A stretch of 64,000 nt of DNA, from positions 4,553 through 68,552 of the forward strand of contig JBGTLA010000109.1 in the NCBI GenBank assembly GCA_041744375.1. The letters run 5' to 3'. Shown piece after piece: positions 27,584-37,472 of the stretch. Every line of letters starts with the position of its first letter. Within the stretch, counting starts at the first letter, position 1. Origin of the DNA: Acidimicrobiia bacterium. GTDB taxonomy: Bacteria; Actinomycetota; Acidimicrobiia; Spongiisociales; ZC4RG35. Below the pieces are notes generated by a model. It was not told the origin of the DNA, made no database searches, and saw nothing but the letters and a program-made list of their open reading frames with translations. A program made the position numbers and the translations under genes.

Positions 27584-28509
27584 GCCTGGGCGGCTCCGAC
27601 GCGCGGGTCGAGCACGGCGTAGAGCATGTCGACGACGAAATTGAGGACGACGAAAACCACGGCCGCCACCAGGATCCCGCCCTGGATCATGGGGAAGTCG
27701 CGGCTGGCGAGGGAGTCCAAGATGAGCTTGCCGATGCCCGGCCAGTTGAAGATCGCTTCCACCACCACCGCCCCGGCGAGAAGGAAACCGAGCTGAAGGC
27801 CGATGAGGGTGACGAGGGGTAGAGACGCCGCCTTGACGCCGTGGACGGTGAACACCCGCCAGGAAGGGAGGCCGCGAGCGCGGGCGGCCTTGATGTAGTC
27901 CTCGCGGAGGGTCTCAATGAACGATTGTCGGGCGGTGCGAATGAGGACGGGGCTGAGGGTGACGACGAGGGTGGTGACGGGGAGCACGAAGCTGCGCCAC
28001 CCACCCATGTCGATGGCGGGGAACCAACGCAGGTTGAGGGAGAACACGAGCACCAGCAGAACTGCCAGCCAGAAGGCGGGGGTGGCCTGGGCGATGGCCA
28101 CCCACCCCAAGATGAGACGGTCCAATAGGCCGGAGGGCCGCCAGGCTGCGACCGCTCCCAGCGCGACGGCCAACGTGGCCGACACGACCACGGTGATGCC
28201 GGCGAGGGCGAGGGTGTTGGGCAGGGCACCGAAGACAGCCGAGGCCACGGGTTGAGCTCCCCTGAATGAGGTGCCCAGGTCACCCTGCGCGGCGTTCCAC
28301 AAGTACTCGAAGTACTGGACGGCGACCGGCTTGTCCGTCCCGATCCGCTCGCGCGTCTGGGCGATGATGTCCTCGGGCGTGCCCGGCGGGTTGACGAGAC
28401 GGGCCGGGTCGCCGGTGGCGATACGCAATACGAAGAAGGCGATGGTGACCACTGCCAGCACCACCAGCACCATTTGGCCGAGGCGGATGAGGAGGACCCT
28501 CCCCCTCAT
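27580..28509 (-). CDS. Dpp/Opp-type ABC transporter permease (DppB-like)
   Basis: 309 aa. Typical N-terminal anchor and a binding-protein-dependent transport motif region. Confidence 0.85.
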   Translation of the reverse strand: MRGRVLLIRLGQMVLVVLAVVTIAFFVLRIATGDPARLVNPPGTPEDIIAQTRERIGTDKPVAVQYFEYLWNAAQGDLGTSFRGAQPVASAVFGALPNTLALAGITVVVSATLAVALGAVAAWRPSGLLDRLILGWVAIAQATPAFWLAVLLVLVFSLNLRWFPAIDMGGWRSFVLPVTTLVVTLSPVLIRTARQSFIETLREDYIKAARARGLPSWRVFTVHGVKAASLPLVTLIGLQLGFLLAGAVVVEAIFNWPGIGKLILDSLASRDFPMIQGGILVAAVVFVVLNFVVDMLYAVLDPRVGAAQA

Positions 28510-28551
28510 CCGCCGTTGCCTTGGTTCGAGCAGAAGCTCGAAGTCATCCGA

Positions 28552-30201
28552 TCAGCCGCCGAGGCTGGCCGGGTAGAAGTCGGTGCGGAACACATGTGGC
28601 TGGACCAAGATCCCCTGCAACTCGCTGGCATGTGCCAGCGTGAAGTCGGAGTTGTACAGCGGCACATGCCAGGCCTGCTCCCACATATGAGCCTGCAGCT
28701 CAGCGTAGATCTGTTCCCGCTCGGCCGGATCCAGGGTGGTGCGGCCCTGGGCGATGAGATCGTCGAGCTCCTCGTCGCCGAAGTACCAGGCGAACGCCGA
28801 GGAGTACACGGCCGCCGCCTGGTTGGGGTCTCCGGCACTGGCCCAGCTCAGGTGGTACATCGCTCCGGTGCCCGTCTCGCTGAAGGCGTCATCGATAAGG
28901 CCGGCCACGTCGCTTGTGACGACCGTCGCATTCAGTCCTACCGCCTGCATCTGGGCGACCATTGCCTCCACCACCGGGACGGCCCGGGGCAGGAACCCCT
29001 CGGCCACCCAGATCTCGAAGGGAGGTCCGCCGTCGGGCACTCCGGCAGCCTCGAGGGCGGCGGCGGCTCCCGCCGGGTCGGCCGTGAACGGCGGCTGCTG
29101 TTCCTGGTAGTAGAGGGTGTTGGTCGGCAAGAAGCTTCCAGCCGGGGCGCTGGCACCCATCACCAGGTTCTCGACCAGGGGGCCGCGGTCGAACGAGAGG
29201 TTGACGGCCCGACGGAAGTCGGCGTTCTCGTCCCAGATCGGCAGCCGACCCGGGCGCACATACAGGTTGACCGACTCGATGCCCGTGACGCCGATCAGCT
29301 CGATGCCCGCTTCGGCTTCGAGGATATCGAGGTGCTCGGGCGGGACTCGGTCGATGGCGTGGGCCTGGCCGTCCAACAGAGCGTCGAGGCGGGTCTGGGG
29401 ATCCTGGATGAACTCCCACACCAGCGTGTCGATGGTGGCCGGCTCCTGCCAGTAGTCGGAGTTGGGTTCCATCGTCTTGACGTTGACGGTGTCGGTCACG
29501 AGCCGGAACGGGCCCGTCCCGTTCGGGGAGCCGGCGAGCTGCTCCTCGTCGCCTTCCAGCCACTGGGCCGAGACGATGGGGGTCCACCACAACTCGACCA
29601 GGATGGGGGCGAAGGGCTCCTCGGTGGCAAGGCGCACCGTGTAGTCGTCGATGATCTCGACTTCGGCCGGCGCCCAGGTCAGGGCGTAAGCCGAGTCGCC
29701 GCTGAAGCCCGATGCCAGTTCTACCGAAGCTTTGACGTCGGCGGCGGTCAGGGGCTGACCGTCGTGGAACACGACGTCGTCGCGCAGCGTGAACTCCCAG
29801 GTGGTGTCGTCGATCTGCTCCCACGAAGTGGCCAGGCTCGGCTCGGGCTGGCTCAGGTCACCGGTGGGGAAGTCGACGAGGTAGTCATAGATCTGGCGCT
29901 CGAGCCGTTTCTGGCTGAGAGCCGTGGATGAATAGGGCGTCCAGTCCGCCCAGAAGTTCTCCGCCATCAGGAACCGGACGACCCCGTCGTCGTCGCCGTC
30001 CGGGTCGGGGGCGGCGGTGGTATCGGGGGTGTCGGGGGAGGGCGCCTCGGTAGTCGTAGGCGCCTCGGGGTCGGGCGAGGCGGCAGTGGTAGTTGTTTCG
30101 ACGCCGGTGTCGGCGGTGCAAGCGGCGATCACCAGACAGAGGATGGCGAAAAGACCGATCCGTCGTTGGAGTGACCCAGACCTTGACAGAATGCGCATCA
30201 T
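28552..30201 (-). CDS. ABC transporter substrate-binding lipoprotein, family 5 (peptide/nickel/opine type)
   Basis: 549 aa. Lipobox LVIAACTAD, a Thr/Pro/Asp-rich linker and an SBP_bac_5-like body. Confidence 0.85.
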   Translation of the reverse strand: MMRILSRSGSLQRRIGLFAILCLVIAACTADTGVETTTTAASPDPEAPTTTEAPSPDTPDTTAAPDPDGDDDGVVRFLMAENFWADWTPYSSTALSQKRLERQIYDYLVDFPTGDLSQPEPSLATSWEQIDDTTWEFTLRDDVVFHDGQPLTAADVKASVELASGFSGDSAYALTWAPAEVEIIDDYTVRLATEEPFAPILVELWWTPIVSAQWLEGDEEQLAGSPNGTGPFRLVTDTVNVKTMEPNSDYWQEPATIDTLVWEFIQDPQTRLDALLDGQAHAIDRVPPEHLDILEAEAGIELIGVTGIESVNLYVRPGRLPIWDENADFRRAVNLSFDRGPLVENLVMGASAPAGSFLPTNTLYYQEQQPPFTADPAGAAAALEAAGVPDGGPPFEIWVAEGFLPRAVPVVEAMVAQMQAVGLNATVVTSDVAGLIDDAFSETGTGAMYHLSWASAGDPNQAAAVYSSAFAWYFGDEELDDLIAQGRTTLDPAEREQIYAELQAHMWEQAWHVPLYNSDFTLAHASELQGILVQPHVFRTDFYPASLGG

Positions 30202-30214
30202 TTGCTCCTATTCC

Positions 30215-30238
30215 AGTGAGTGAAACTGCTATCTCACT
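30215..30238. promoter_or_regulatory. Inverted repeat AGTGAG-N12-CTCACT in a low-GC leader 14 nt upstream of the transporter operon start; candidate operator (possibly for the operon-internal IclR)
   Basis: Read from the sequence. Sits in an AT-richer 5' leader of the SBP gene. Confidence 0.3.
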
Positions 30239-30437
30239 TGCTGAATGGTTCATACCACCCTCTGTTCCAGCTGTCAACGGATCCCCACTCCGGCGGTAAT
30301 GCGATTCGCTCCCAGGAAAGCGGCGGTGAAGAAGCTAGGACAGTGTTGAGCAAGTCGTTTCCGCCATCGCCGACAGTCCTCCTGCCAGGCACTGTGATGG
30401 GCCAGCGGTCGAACTTCCGCTCTTTTTCAACAACGTC

Positions 30438-31397
30438 CTAGTGGCGCGGGCGGATGCCGGAGTCGCTCCCACCGAGGATGGTCGCCACCTCGGCCGCCGA
30501 GAGGCCTTCGAGAGCTGCCTCCACAGAATCGACACCCATCGGGAAGGGCCAGTCGCTGCCGAACTCGACCGATTCGAGGCCGAAGGTGTCGACTACGTGG
30601 CGCAAGTACGAACGGTCGTGCACGACAGTGTCCACCGCGAAGCGACGCACCGCCTCACGGGGGGCGAGGGTGAGTGCCCCGAGGCCGAGCCGTCCCGTCG
30701 TCACCCCCCGCTCCCAGCGGCCCGCCAGGGCTGCAGTCGCTCCCCCGCCGTGGGCCAGCAGGATGCGCAGGTCGCGATGGCGACCCATCACGTCACCGAA
30801 CACCAGGTGGGCGGCCGCCACGGCCGTCTCATAGGGGTTGCCCACCAGGTTGCCGAGGTAGAAGTGGGCGAGTCGATCGTCGCGGCACTCACCAGGATGG
30901 ATGAACCCCGGCAGCGCCCGATCCTCCAGCACCTCCCACAGGGGGGCGTAGACCTCGTCCGAATAGACGAGGTCCCCGAGCTCGGTCCCGAGAGTTACCC
31001 CCGCCCATGAGTCGTCGAGGCCTGCCACCACCTCGGCAGCGAGGCGGGGCCGCTCGACGGGCACGTAGGCCATGGGCCGCAGACGCCCACCCGCACACGC
31101 CTCCACCAGGCCCTCGTTGACGAGAGTCACCCACCTCTCGGTATCACGGTCGCCAAGGTCGGGCCGGTAGAGGGGCGGGGGGGGCGAGACGAGCGCGCCC
31201 ACTAGCCCGTTGTCGTCGAGCCAACCGCTCAATACCTCAGAACGGGTGATGCGGTGCATGGCAAACCGAAGCATCGGTGTGACCAGGACGTCGCCGTCGA
31301 CGGCCATCCCATATCTTTGTCGCTTCGCCTCGTCGACGACCGAAGCTGGGACCAGGTGGGTGTGAACGTCCCATCCTCGGCGTTTCTCAGCGAGCAT
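30438..31397 (-). CDS. Amidohydrolase-2 family enzyme (ACMSD / hydroxy-aromatic acid decarboxylase type)
   Basis: HTHL metal-binding start, internal H/D ligand positions and a C-terminal FGSDWPF block typical of amidohydrolase_2. Start at the ATG after an aggaag sequence. Confidence 0.75.
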   Translation of the reverse strand: MLAEKRRGWDVHTHLVPASVVDEAKRQRYGMAVDGDVLVTPMLRFAMHRITRSEVLSGWLDDNGLVGALVSPPPPLYRPDLGDRDTERWVTLVNEGLVEACAGGRLRPMAYVPVERPRLAAEVVAGLDDSWAGVTLGTELGDLVYSDEVYAPLWEVLEDRALPGFIHPGECRDDRLAHFYLGNLVGNPYETAVAAAHLVFGDVMGRHRDLRILLAHGGGATAALAGRWERGVTTGRLGLGALTLAPREAVRRFAVDTVVHDRSYLRHVVDTFGLESVEFGSDWPFPMGVDSVEAALEGLSAAEVATILGGSDSGIRPRH

Positions 31398-31821
31398 CTT
31401 CCTCGTTCGTGTACCAGGACGGGACCTCGGGATAGTGGTGTCCGTCATACACCTCCAGGAGCACCGACGTCTCGTCGGCGACGGTGGGACCGTGAGTGCT
31501 TCCTTTGGGGTTCCAGTAGAAGTCACCCGGCTGCAAAGTGGTACCTGTGGGGATGTATCGGTAACGACCACTCAGGCAGTACATGAACTGGTTGGATGAG
31601 TGGACGTGTGCCGAAGGGATCCCCGATCCCTGTGCGAAGCGGACGAGGGCGATCGAGGCCCCCGAGTCCTCGTCGCGCCACAGCATCTTGTGCGAGAGGC
31701 CATCGAGGGACTTATCGATCCATTCCATGTCCCCGGTGTGCAACAGCACCTCCCGGAAGGAACCCATCGCTTCGACCGGAACCTCTCCGGCCGGTCCACC
31801 GAACGGGCTGACGTCACTCAC
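31387..31821 (-). CDS. Cupin-domain protein
   Basis: Single cupin barrel with His-rich motif block (HVHSSNQFMYCLSG...). GTG start chosen 7 nt before the upstream stop. Confidence 0.6.
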   Translation of the reverse strand: MSDVSPFGGPAGEVPVEAMGSFREVLLHTGDMEWIDKSLDGLSHKMLWRDEDSGASIALVRFAQGSGIPSAHVHSSNQFMYCLSGRYRYIPTGTTLQPGDFYWNPKGSTHGPTVADETSVLLEVYDGHHYPEVPSWYTNEEDAR

Positions 31822-32170
31822 CGGTCCACTCCTCTGTCTTGATCTCGATGAGGCGGCACCGATACGGAACGTCGGATACGTTGACCAGCCGGTGGACGGG
31901 CCCCTGTTCGCTGCGGACCACCACGTTCCCGGCCGGCTCGAACGTGTCGCGGGTATCACCGAAGATCGTTTGCACCTGGTTGGCGTCTCCGCCGAGAGAG
32001 ATGACGACGTAGGGGTGACGGTGGAAGTGGAACGGCTGAGAATCGCTCGGCTCGAGGGCGATTCCCCACACTCTTACCGAGTCGTCCTCATACAACAGGT
32101 CCTGGCCGACGTCGTCCAGATCTATGCCCTGGCGACTGGCTTCCACCAGCCCGAAACGGTCTTCGTTCAT
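31814..32170 (-). CDS. Cupin-domain protein
   Basis: 118 aa. FHFHRHPYVVISLGG motif 1 and a second His block. Confidence 0.65.
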   Translation of the reverse strand: MNEDRFGLVEASRQGIDLDDVGQDLLYEDDSVRVWGIALEPSDSQPFHFHRHPYVVISLGGDANQVQTIFGDTRDTFEPAGNVVVRSEQGPVHRLVNVSDVPYRCRLIEIKTEEWTGE

Positions 32171-33747
32171 ATCTCCTCCGTTGTGGATGGCCTTCCGGTG
32201 ATCGTGCGATAGACATCCTCGGCGACGCCGCCGCCCATCGGTGCGGTGGCGGCTACGTGCCCGTCGGGCCGGACCAGCACCGTCGTGTCGGGGGCGCAGC
32301 CGAACCGGGCCTGGACGAGGGATCCGACGTCGAGGAGCGTCCGTTCCCGGCGTCCGCCGTCGAGAGTGGCGTCCCAGCGAGAAACGACAAAATGCCCCAG
32401 GGCCGTCGTCGAGTCGGGGATCGTCGGGCGCCGCCGGGCGTCGGTGAAGTGGAAGGCTACGAAGCGGTCGGCCACCAGCTGATGAGTGCTCACGGTCCCC
32501 TCGTTGCGGCGGAGGACCATATCGGGGATGCGGTCGCCCACCCGCAGCGGAGAGAGCGCAGGACCGTCAGGAGTCAGGGCCCACTCTCCCGTCCCGGCGA
32601 CGTCGAGACGAACGGCCAGCATCGAGCGGGTCATGGCGTTGGCCCAGTCGTGGTCGGTCATGGCCGCCAGTGATTGGGACCGGCGGGCCATGTACTCAGA
32701 GGCCGCTTCGGCCATGGCGGCCGAGCCGTGCCGGGCCAGCGGACCCTGTTCGCGTTCGTAACCGTCGAGCAGGGAAGGTTCCGCCCAGCCCCGGGCCACC
32801 CATGCCAGCCGCCACGGCAGGTTGGAGGCGTCGAGAACACCGGTGTTGAGACCCAACGCCCACATCGGGGTGATGAGATGGGCGGCGTCGCCCATGAGGA
32901 AAACCCGACCGTCTCGCCACCGGTCGACGGATCGGGCGTGGACCGTATACTCGTAGGAACCCATCACCTCGAGCCGGTCTACATCCCCGATGTACTGGCG
33001 AGCCTTGGTGGCCAGGGCGGACTGGTCAAAGCCGGGTGAGTCGGCCTTGCGTGGGTAGAGAAACCGCCAGAACTCGGGTTGGCGCACCAGGACCATCCAC
33101 TCTTCGGGGTCGGCAAAATAGGCGAGGTAGGGGTAGTCGCGAGGATTGGCGACATCGAGGTCGACGGCCACGTCCACGAGCATGTACCGCTCCGGGAAGG
33201 TGGTGCCGCTCACCCCTACCCCGAGGCCCTTGCGGATGGTGGAGCGACCCCCATCACATGCCAGCAGGTAGGACGCCTCGATCTCGACCGAACCGTTCTC
33301 GGCCTGGGCCGACACCATGACATGATCCTCTCGGGCATCGAATGCCATCACCCGGTGGCCGAGGCGCAGCGCTCCCGGTGCCCTGACAGCCAATGCACCG
33401 GCCAGAACTGGCTCCAGAACGTGTTGGGGGATGTTGACCACGAACGGGTACCGGGTGTCGTCGCGCAGCAACCACGTCTTGATAGACCGCAGTGTCTGGC
33501 CACTGGCACGATCCACGTCGCCGATCTCGTCGATGCGCAGCGCCTGGGCCAAGACGTCATCGGCGACGCCGTAACGGTCGAGTACCTCGACGGTGCGGGT
33601 CAGGAGCGTCCCCGCCTTTGTTTCCCGGGAGAGTTCGGTGTCTTCTTCCAAGACGACCACGTCGAGACCGTAGTGCACGAGCCCGAGAGCAGTGATCAGA
33701 CCCACCGGACCGGCTCCGACCACCACGACGGGTCGAGCGGCCGTCAC
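32167..33747 (-). CDS. FAD-dependent aromatic-ring monooxygenase (PheA/TfdB-like hydroxylase)
   Basis: VVVVGAGPVGLITALGL dinucleotide fold; a DG and GD FAD motif (FLMGDAAH); C-terminal thioredoxin-like dimerisation region. GTG start overlaps the upstream TGA; the track ORF has a 158-aa spurious extension. Confidence 0.8.
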   Translation of the reverse strand: MTAARPVVVVGAGPVGLITALGLVHYGLDVVVLEEDTELSRETKAGTLLTRTVEVLDRYGVADDVLAQALRIDEIGDVDRASGQTLRSIKTWLLRDDTRYPFVVNIPQHVLEPVLAGALAVRAPGALRLGHRVMAFDAREDHVMVSAQAENGSVEIEASYLLACDGGRSTIRKGLGVGVSGTTFPERYMLVDVAVDLDVANPRDYPYLAYFADPEEWMVLVRQPEFWRFLYPRKADSPGFDQSALATKARQYIGDVDRLEVMGSYEYTVHARSVDRWRDGRVFLMGDAAHLITPMWALGLNTGVLDASNLPWRLAWVARGWAEPSLLDGYEREQGPLARHGSAAMAEAASEYMARRSQSLAAMTDHDWANAMTRSMLAVRLDVAGTGEWALTPDGPALSPLRVGDRIPDMVLRRNEGTVSTHQLVADRFVAFHFTDARRRPTIPDSTTALGHFVVSRWDATLDGGRRERTLLDVGSLVQARFGCAPDTTVLVRPDGHVAATAPMGGGVAEDVYRTITGRPSTTEEI

Positions 33748-34469
33748 GTCTCCACCTCGAGTGCTCGCTCGCGACTCAGGGAAGAGGCGGCCATCGTGGC
33801 GGCGTCCGACAGAAGGAAGAGGATGGGTTGGACCACGTCTTCGGGCCTGCCCACCCCCACCGTGGCAGCCCAGTGCCGGCGCTCGGACTCGTCGTTGGCG
33901 GCCCGATACTGTCGGGTGTCGACCACGCCGGGGGAAACGAGGTGGACCCGCACGCCCGACCTGGATACCTCGGCGGCGAGGGTACGGGCAAGGCCGTGGG
34001 CGGCGGCCTTGGTGGTGGAGTAGGCGGCCGCCCCCGGCCACCCGGACAGGGCGATGCCGGAGGTGAACATCACCACCGCTCCGCGCCCGGCGTCCACCAT
34101 GGCCGGGACAAAAGCCTGACACGTCCACAGGATCCCCTCGAGGTTGACAGCCTGGACCCTCCGCCATTCTTCGGCATCGACTTCGAGCACACGCCCGCGC
34201 GGCTGGATGACGGCGCCGCACACCAATCCCGTCACTAGACCCAACCCCGCTGCGACGGCGCCGGCGGCTTCGACCACGGCGGTGCGGTCGGAGACGTCCA
34301 CCCGGTGGTAGTCGATTTGTTCGTGGAGATCGTGGGGGCGGGTGTCAACGTCGAGAACGGCCACGGAAGCCCCCACGGCAAGTGCTGCTTCGGCCACCGC
34401 CCGGGAGATGCCGTTGGCGCCTCCCGTCACGACCACCACGTCACCGGCCCCGTCGAAGGTGGCTTTCAT
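33744..34469 (-). CDS. SDR-family oxidoreductase
   Basis: TGGANGIS Rossmann motif; YSTTKAA catalytic YxxxK. Confidence 0.85.
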   Translation of the reverse strand: MKATFDGAGDVVVVTGGANGISRAVAEAALAVGASVAVLDVDTRPHDLHEQIDYHRVDVSDRTAVVEAAGAVAAGLGLVTGLVCGAVIQPRGRVLEVDAEEWRRVQAVNLEGILWTCQAFVPAMVDAGRGAVVMFTSGIALSGWPGAAAYSTTKAAAHGLARTLAAEVSRSGVRVHLVSPGVVDTRQYRAANDESERRHWAATVGVGRPEDVVQPILFLLSDAATMAASSLSRERALEVET

Positions 34470-35158
34470 GCAGAGCCCTCGTCTGAGATATGGGCGGCCA
34501 TTCGTTCAGCGGCGCGGTTGAGATGGGCGACCAGTGCCTTGCCGGCTCGATGACGGTCGTTGGCCTGGCAGGCTTCGAGGATGGGATTGTGCTCGTGATA
34601 CGAGACCTGTTGCTCGTCGCGCCCGGATGGGTAGGTGAATCGATATCGCTCGCTATTACGCCACACCGCTTCGATGGCATGCATCAGCCATTTCGACCCC
34701 GCCGATCGGTAGAGGGTGAAGTGGGCCTCGGTGTGGGCCTCGCGCGCTTCGACGATCTTGCCGGCCTGGGCGAATTCCACATATCGTTGGAGCCACTGTT
34801 GTGTCTCCTTGGCGGCCTCGGGGGTGAAGGCCGCGGCTGCTTTCTCCACTGCAGCCCGTTCCAGCAAGCGGCGGGTCTCCATCGTGTCCTCGAAGTCGGC
34901 CCGGCTGAGCGTGCGCACGAAAGCGCCCCGACGCGGGTGCACCTCGACCAGGCCGAGGGACTCGAGGCGGCGCAGGGCCTCGCGTACAGGCATCATGCTC
35001 ATGTCCAGTTTCGCCGCCAGGTCGACCAGGCGGAGATGCGACCCGGCGGGAACCTCGCCTGCGACAATTGCCTGGTGGAGGTGGGCGGCCGCCTGCTCGG
35101 CCATGGTCGGGCGGTCGTTGCGGGAAGTCGCGCCCCGGCTCCCGGACACGTCAGGCAC
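34466..35158 (-). CDS. GntR-family transcriptional regulator (FadR/FCD subfamily)
   Basis: N-terminal wHTH (LRLVDLAAKLDMSMMPVREALRRLESLGLV) with a helical FCD C-terminal domain. The start may be the internal Met18. Confidence 0.8.
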   Translation of the reverse strand: MPDVSGSRGATSRNDRPTMAEQAAAHLHQAIVAGEVPAGSHLRLVDLAAKLDMSMMPVREALRRLESLGLVEVHPRRGAFVRTLSRADFEDTMETRRLLERAAVEKAAAAFTPEAAKETQQWLQRYVEFAQAGKIVEAREAHTEAHFTLYRSAGSKWLMHAIEAVWRNSERYRFTYPSGRDEQQVSYHEHNPILEACQANDRHRAGKALVAHLNRAAERMAAHISDEGSA

Positions 35159-35555
35159 GATCGGAGACGACGGCGATGGCGTTCATCTCGATGAGGTAGT
35201 CGGGCGACGTGAACTTGGTCACCTCGACCATGGTCGAGGCGGGGGCAACGCCGGTGAAGTACTCGGCGCGCACGGCGTGGATGGCATCGAAATGCTCCAT
35301 ATTGCGGATGTAGACGTCGACCCGACAGATGTCTTCGAGCGTGCCACCCGCCTCCTCGACCGCCGCCTTCAGATTTTCGCACACCTGGCGAGCCTGTGCC
35401 GTCACGTCGCCCACCCCGGCGATGGTTCCGTCGGGCCGGCGCGAGGTCATCCCCGAGATGAAGACCAGCCTGCCCGAGCCCTCGGCTTCGACTGCCTGAG
35501 AGAAGTGTCCGTTCGGTTCGCTGAGCCGGTTCGTTCGTATCTCACGTTTCGGCAT
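35151..35555 (-). CDS. RidA/YjgF-family (enamine/imine deaminase-like) protein
   Basis: 134 aa. Motifs GVGDVTAQARQVCENL...RVDVYI...VEV. Confidence 0.85.
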   Translation of the reverse strand: MPKREIRTNRLSEPNGHFSQAVEAEGSGRLVFISGMTSRRPDGTIAGVGDVTAQARQVCENLKAAVEEAGGTLEDICRVDVYIRNMEHFDAIHAVRAEYFTGVAPASTMVEVTKFTSPDYLIEMNAIAVVSDRA

Positions 35556-36648
35556 CGGCTCCTCCTTCGGATGGATGAATGAATTCCAGGGCGGGCGCTT
35601 CGGCGCCGACCCGGCCGGCCGTCTCGATGAGGGCCGCCACCACCGACCGTTCCAATCGGGCTACTCCTGCCGCCAGGTGCCGACGTTCGAAAGCCGGTTG
35701 GCCGGGGCTATACACCCTCTCGTGGCCTGCAGCGGGAGCAGAGCCGCGTAGGCGCTCCGCCGCTGCCGCCACCTCCTCTTCCAGCTCGGAAAGGGGCCGG
35801 AAGAAGGAAGCGTCGATGGCAGCAAAGAGGTGGGAGGAGTCGTAGGGAACAGCCGGATCGCCGTAGAGCGGAGCGACGGCGTCACCCCACGCCCCCGAGG
35901 ACAGGGAACCGGCCAACAGGTCGAGCATGAACGCCAGCCCGAAGCCTTTGTGACCGCCGGCCGGCAACAGCATGCCGGCAATGGCCTGGGCGGGGTCGGT
36001 GGTGGGGCGACCACTGGCGTCGGTCGCCCACGTCGGGGGTATCTCCCGGCCCGCCTGGTCAGCCATGCGCACCTTTCCCATCGCCGCCTCGCTGAGGGCG
36101 ACGTCGAGAACCACCGGTATCTCCCCGGTTGACGGCAGGGCGATGGCAAGGGGGTTGTTGCCCACCATCCGCTCCGCCCCGCCCGGGGCCGGCATGAGCG
36201 GCCGGGTGTTGCACGAGGCGAAACCGACGCAGCCGGCGGCGGTGGCGGCAAGGGCGTAGCGCCGGGCCATGCCGAAATGGAAACCGTGGCGAACGGTCAC
36301 CAACCCGAGGCCATACGCCTGAGCCTTGGCAACGGCGATCCTCATCGCCTCGTCTCCGCTCACCTGGCCGAACCCATGGCGACCGTCGAGCACAGCCACC
36401 GCCGCCCGGTCGACGACGATCTCGGGTCGGGCCACGGGGTCGACCGATCCGGCCAAGACCCGATCCACATACATCGGGACGAGCATGACCCCATGCGACG
36501 ACACACCTTCCAGGTCGGCGTCGACCAGGCTCTCGGCGACGGTACGGGCGGTATCAGCGTCGGCGCCGGCCGCCTCGAAGAGCGCCGACACCGTGGCTAT
36601 GAGCGAGTGGGCAACCACCGCCACACGAGGCGACTCGAGGGTCGTCAC
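35542..36648 (-). CDS. Ldh_2-family (malate/L-lactate/imine-acid reductase type) oxidoreductase
   Basis: 368 aa. GVSSHGV and GNNPLAIALP blocks characteristic of the Ldh_2 family. Confidence 0.8.
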   Translation of the reverse strand: MTTLESPRVAVVAHSLIATVSALFEAAGADADTARTVAESLVDADLEGVSSHGVMLVPMYVDRVLAGSVDPVARPEIVVDRAAVAVLDGRHGFGQVSGDEAMRIAVAKAQAYGLGLVTVRHGFHFGMARRYALAATAAGCVGFASCNTRPLMPAPGGAERMVGNNPLAIALPSTGEIPVVLDVALSEAAMGKVRMADQAGREIPPTWATDASGRPTTDPAQAIAGMLLPAGGHKGFGLAFMLDLLAGSLSSGAWGDAVAPLYGDPAVPYDSSHLFAAIDASFFRPLSELEEEVAAAAERLRGSAPAAGHERVYSPGQPAFERRHLAAGVARLERSVVAALIETAGRVGAEAPALEFIHPSEGGADAET

Positions 36649-37472
36649 ACTTGTTCCTCAGCCCACGGCACCAGCCACCTTTCGACGGCGGTGAGGGCGT
36701 AGTACAACACGATCGAGATGATGGCGAGGAAGGCCAGGGCAGCGAACGCCAACGACGTGTCGGCGGTGCCGCCGGAGATCACGATCAGGTAGCCAAGACC
36801 TTTTGTGGCACCCACAAACTCGCCGATCACGGCTCCGATGACTGCCAGCGAGATGGCGAGCTTCAAGCCGACGAAGAGATGGGGCAAGGCCGAGGGCAGA
36901 CGCACTTTGCGGAAAGCCTGGAAGGGGGTGGCTTCGAGCGACCGGATCAGCTCGCGCAGTTCCTCGGGAGTGGACTTGACCCCCGCCGCCGTCGACAGGA
37001 CGATCGGGAAAAAGCACAACAGCACGACCATCACGATCTTGGGGAGAACACCAAAGCCCATCCAGATGACCAGGAGGGGTGCGACTGCGATCTTAGGGAC
37101 GGCATTGAACCCGAAGAGGATCGGCGAGAACATCCGGTCGAAGATCCACGAGTAGGCGAGGGCAACGCCCAGCGGGACGCCGATCACCACCGCCAGAACG
37201 AATCCGGCCACCGTCTCCCACACCGTCACCCAGGTGTTGGAGATCATGATGTCCCATTTGTCGACGATCGTCGTCACGACGTCGGCCGGCGAGGGGAGGA
37301 TGAACGAGTTCCAGCCCGTGATGATCTTTACGAGCCACCAGCCACCGAGCAGCACGACCAAGCCGACCAAAGGAAGAACGATGGGAAGCATTCGGCTCCG
37401 TCGCTGTGCGGCCGCCCGGTCGGGAGCAGCCGCCTTCTCGGCGGCGGTGACGGAAGCCGAGTCGAAGGTCAC
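36645..37472 (-). CDS. NitT/TauT-family ABC transporter permease
   Basis: 275 aa, 6 TM, EAA-type loop (LEATPFQAFRKVRLPSALP). Confidence 0.8.
   Translation of the reverse strand: MTFDSASVTAAEKAAAPDRAAAQRRSRMLPIVLPLVGLVVLLGGWWLVKIITGWNSFILPSPADVVTTIVDKWDIMISNTWVTVWETVAGFVLAVVIGVPLGVALAYSWIFDRMFSPILFGFNAVPKIAVAPLLVIWMGFGVLPKIVMVVLLCFFPIVLSTAAGVKSTPEELRELIRSLEATPFQAFRKVRLPSALPHLFVGLKLAISLAVIGAVIGEFVGATKGLGYLIVISGGTADTSLAFAALAFLAIISIVLYYALTAVERWLVPWAEEQV

Noticed and set aside
30405-30428. Hairpin AGCGG-tcgaacttc-CCGCT followed by a TTTTT run, resembling a Rho-independent terminator.
   Set aside because: The T-tract is on the plus strand, but both flanking genes (30438-31397 and 28552-30201) are transcribed on the minus strand. 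In that orientation the tract precedes the stem. The stem is only 5 bp. Most likely this is a fortuitous element in the AT-richer leader.
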